Of a stretch of 51,618 nt of DNA, positions 49,592 through 51,618 are shown piece by piece. Every line of letters begins with the position of its first letter. Within the stretch, counting starts at the first letter, position 1. Below the pieces are notes generated by a model that had not been told where the DNA came from, did not search any database, and was given only the letters and a program-made list of their open reading frames with translations. Source of the stretch: Octopus sinensis (taxonomy: Eukaryota); assembly GCF_006345805.1 (NCBI RefSeq), contig NW_021833991.1, positions 1 through 51,618 of the forward strand. The letters are read 5' to 3'. The position numbers were made by a program, and so were the translations under genes.

Positions 49592-49800
49592 TAGTCTCGG
49601 ACATTTACCCTCCATGGACAATACCCCCCCCCGGACAATTACCCCCGAGGACAACAGATGATGATTTAAAACTCCTTAATATATTAGAGAGGGGGTAATT
49701 AACCAAGGTGGGGTAATTGTCCTAGGGGGTAGTTGTCGTTGGGGGGAACTGTCCTATGGGAGTGGGGTTAATTGTCCTAGGGGGCAATTGTCCTGACACG
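49592..49800. mobile_element. Small MITE with GGACAATTACCCCC / GGGGGTAATTGTCC subterminal repeats
   Basis: Direct repeats at the left end mirrored as inverted repeats at the right end. Confidence 0.5.
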
Positions 49801-50674
49801 TTGCTTTTTACCATCTAGCTTATATCTATTTCCTATAGAGATATGTGTCTGTGTGTGTATTGTATGTACGTATGTATGTATATGATACCGGGGTATTGTA
49901 AGTTTAAAACAAAAGAATAAAAACTTTTTTAATGTTGAAACCACTTCGTGATTTTTGGCCCGCTTTGTATGTATCCCATGACATTCGCCTCTTATGTCTC
50001 TACCGTAAGGCTTCACTTCCACACACGCCAGCTTAATTTAATTCGTCCTTAGTCGAAAGACACCTGTTGTTAATGTCCTGTTCTTTGTATTTGTAATTGT
50101 GTACCATTTCTCCGTTTTTTTATTTTCGTCCTTGATTTTGTATACATTCGCTTGCTTTCTTCCAAGGAAGCTGGTGCTCTTAGCTTAGATTTTCTTAGGG
50201 CAGTCTCGAGTGTAACCGGCCGAAACTGCTGAGATAATCTGGAACTCGACTGAAGATAGAAAACTCCGAATGACCCGTCCTTTTTTTTGTATCGTCTAAC
50301 TGCTCGGATGTTTTGTTGTTGCCTGTTACGATCTTCCATTTTTTTGTTTTCTTTTATATGTATATTGAGAACACGTGGCCGAGTGGTTAGGGTGTTGCAC
50401 TCATAATTGCAAGATCGTGCTTTCGATTCCCGGACCAGACGATGTGTTTTGTTCATGAGCACAAAACTTCACTTCACGTTACATTCCGATCTTCTCAACA
50501 TCTGACGTGCGCCTCACCGTGCGCCTGTATAACGTCGATTTGACGGTGGAAGTGAGCTAATGCGCATAACAAACATTGGATCCCTTACATACAAATCATC
50601 GTTGCAGGCTGCTCAGCAAGATATTGCAGAAACCTCATCAGTTGACTGTGAAAGGAGATTTCAATGTATATATA

Positions 50675-51086
50675 CTAGCAGCTAAGCCCGGTTTAACCCG
50701 GTCTGTTTGGATGATGTGGCTGTAATAATTTTCGGTTAGGCATAATCTATAACAGCGTTTGTCAACCTTATCATTTCGGGTCCCCTGTTTCGATTGGAGC
50801 CTGCAGCTGTATGAAAATTTCCTGACCCCTACCCCGTCAGAAAACAGCTTCTAAGCAACTGGTTGTTTTAATGGCAGAAGAAAGAGGGAAATTCCATTAG
50901 AAAAAGTCTTAATCGATTTTCTCAGTAAGTATGGGGGTTAGGAAAAAAAAATACAAACTGCATTCCAATCTATGCACCCGTCTTCACATGTGAGCCATTT
51001 TTCACGCGAATCCACCCAGCCGTTTGGCTGTGAACCTCAAGACAAGAAAGAATACAACGATCGCCCATGTCCAATTTATATTATAG

Positions 51087-51087
<1 letters not shown>
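50675..51087 (-). mobile_element. Non-autonomous Helitron, 413 bp, second family
   Basis: On the minus strand: A|TC start, hairpin CCGG-GTTAAA-CCGG, CTAG|T end. Confidence 0.72.
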
Positions 51088-51124
<37 letters not shown>

Positions 51125-51618
51125 TAATATATATATATATATTATATATATATCAGGCGTGATTGATGGTAGGAAGCTTGTTTCCTAACCACATGGTTCC
51201 CGGATTCAGTTCCATTGCATGGCACCTTAGGCAAGTACCTCAGGCATTGTAAGTGGATTTGGTAGACGGAAATTGAAAGAAGCCCGTCGTATACATATCT
51301 CCACAAATAAATGTCTGACTTTTACGCCTACATCAGTTGTTAGTTGGATTCAGGGTGCTAATAATCGGTTTGAGGTTGAAAAAGTGTTCATGAAAGTAAG
51401 GTTTGCACTTGTGGTTTAAACCTAAATTTTAAGTCCTTGAATGTTGAGTTCGAGTGAGTATTCCACACTATTTTCTATAATAACAGAGTTCCAGATGAAT
51501 CTATAGTAATTAGTTTGCCTAATTAATATTGTTTTTTGTACTTGTGTTTCATAAAGAGTTCGACTGACTATAAGCGCAACAATCGAAGGTGTTTGTTGGT
51601 TAAATGGTTATCCGCAAT

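Overview
AT-rich, microsatellite-dense animal genomic DNA, most likely an octopus (inferred from the SINE, RTE and MITE families, not proven). One protein-coding gene is well supported. It is a two-exon Maf/YhdE-family nucleotide pyrophosphatase (ASMTL-like, Maf domain only, 231 aa) on the minus strand: exon 1 at 42832-43199 and exon 2 at 7573-7900, joined by one 34.9-kb GT-AG intron. Most of the rest is repeat: at least four tRNA-derived SINE families, 5'-truncated RTE, Tx1/L1-like and R4/Dong-like LINEs, Penelope-like remnants with decayed hammerhead cores, piggyBac-type, MULE-type and 8-bp-TSD MITEs, two non-autonomous Helitrons and long microsatellites. The most notable signals: (1) two related Tx1-like LINE fragments embedded in different microsatellites, (GATA)n and (TAA)n; (2) an abundant SINE whose 3' tail matches the Tx1-like LINE 3' end and which forms multimers with an identical junction at two loci; (3) piggyBac-type MITE multimers sharing one spacer at four loci; (4) a Lys-to-Arg change in a conserved Maf motif and a CAG-repeat uORF overlapping its start; (5) a possible orphan terminal exon on the plus strand. 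Repeat boundaries are approximate unless a TSD or splice site is given. All family assignments come from motif recognition, with no database search.
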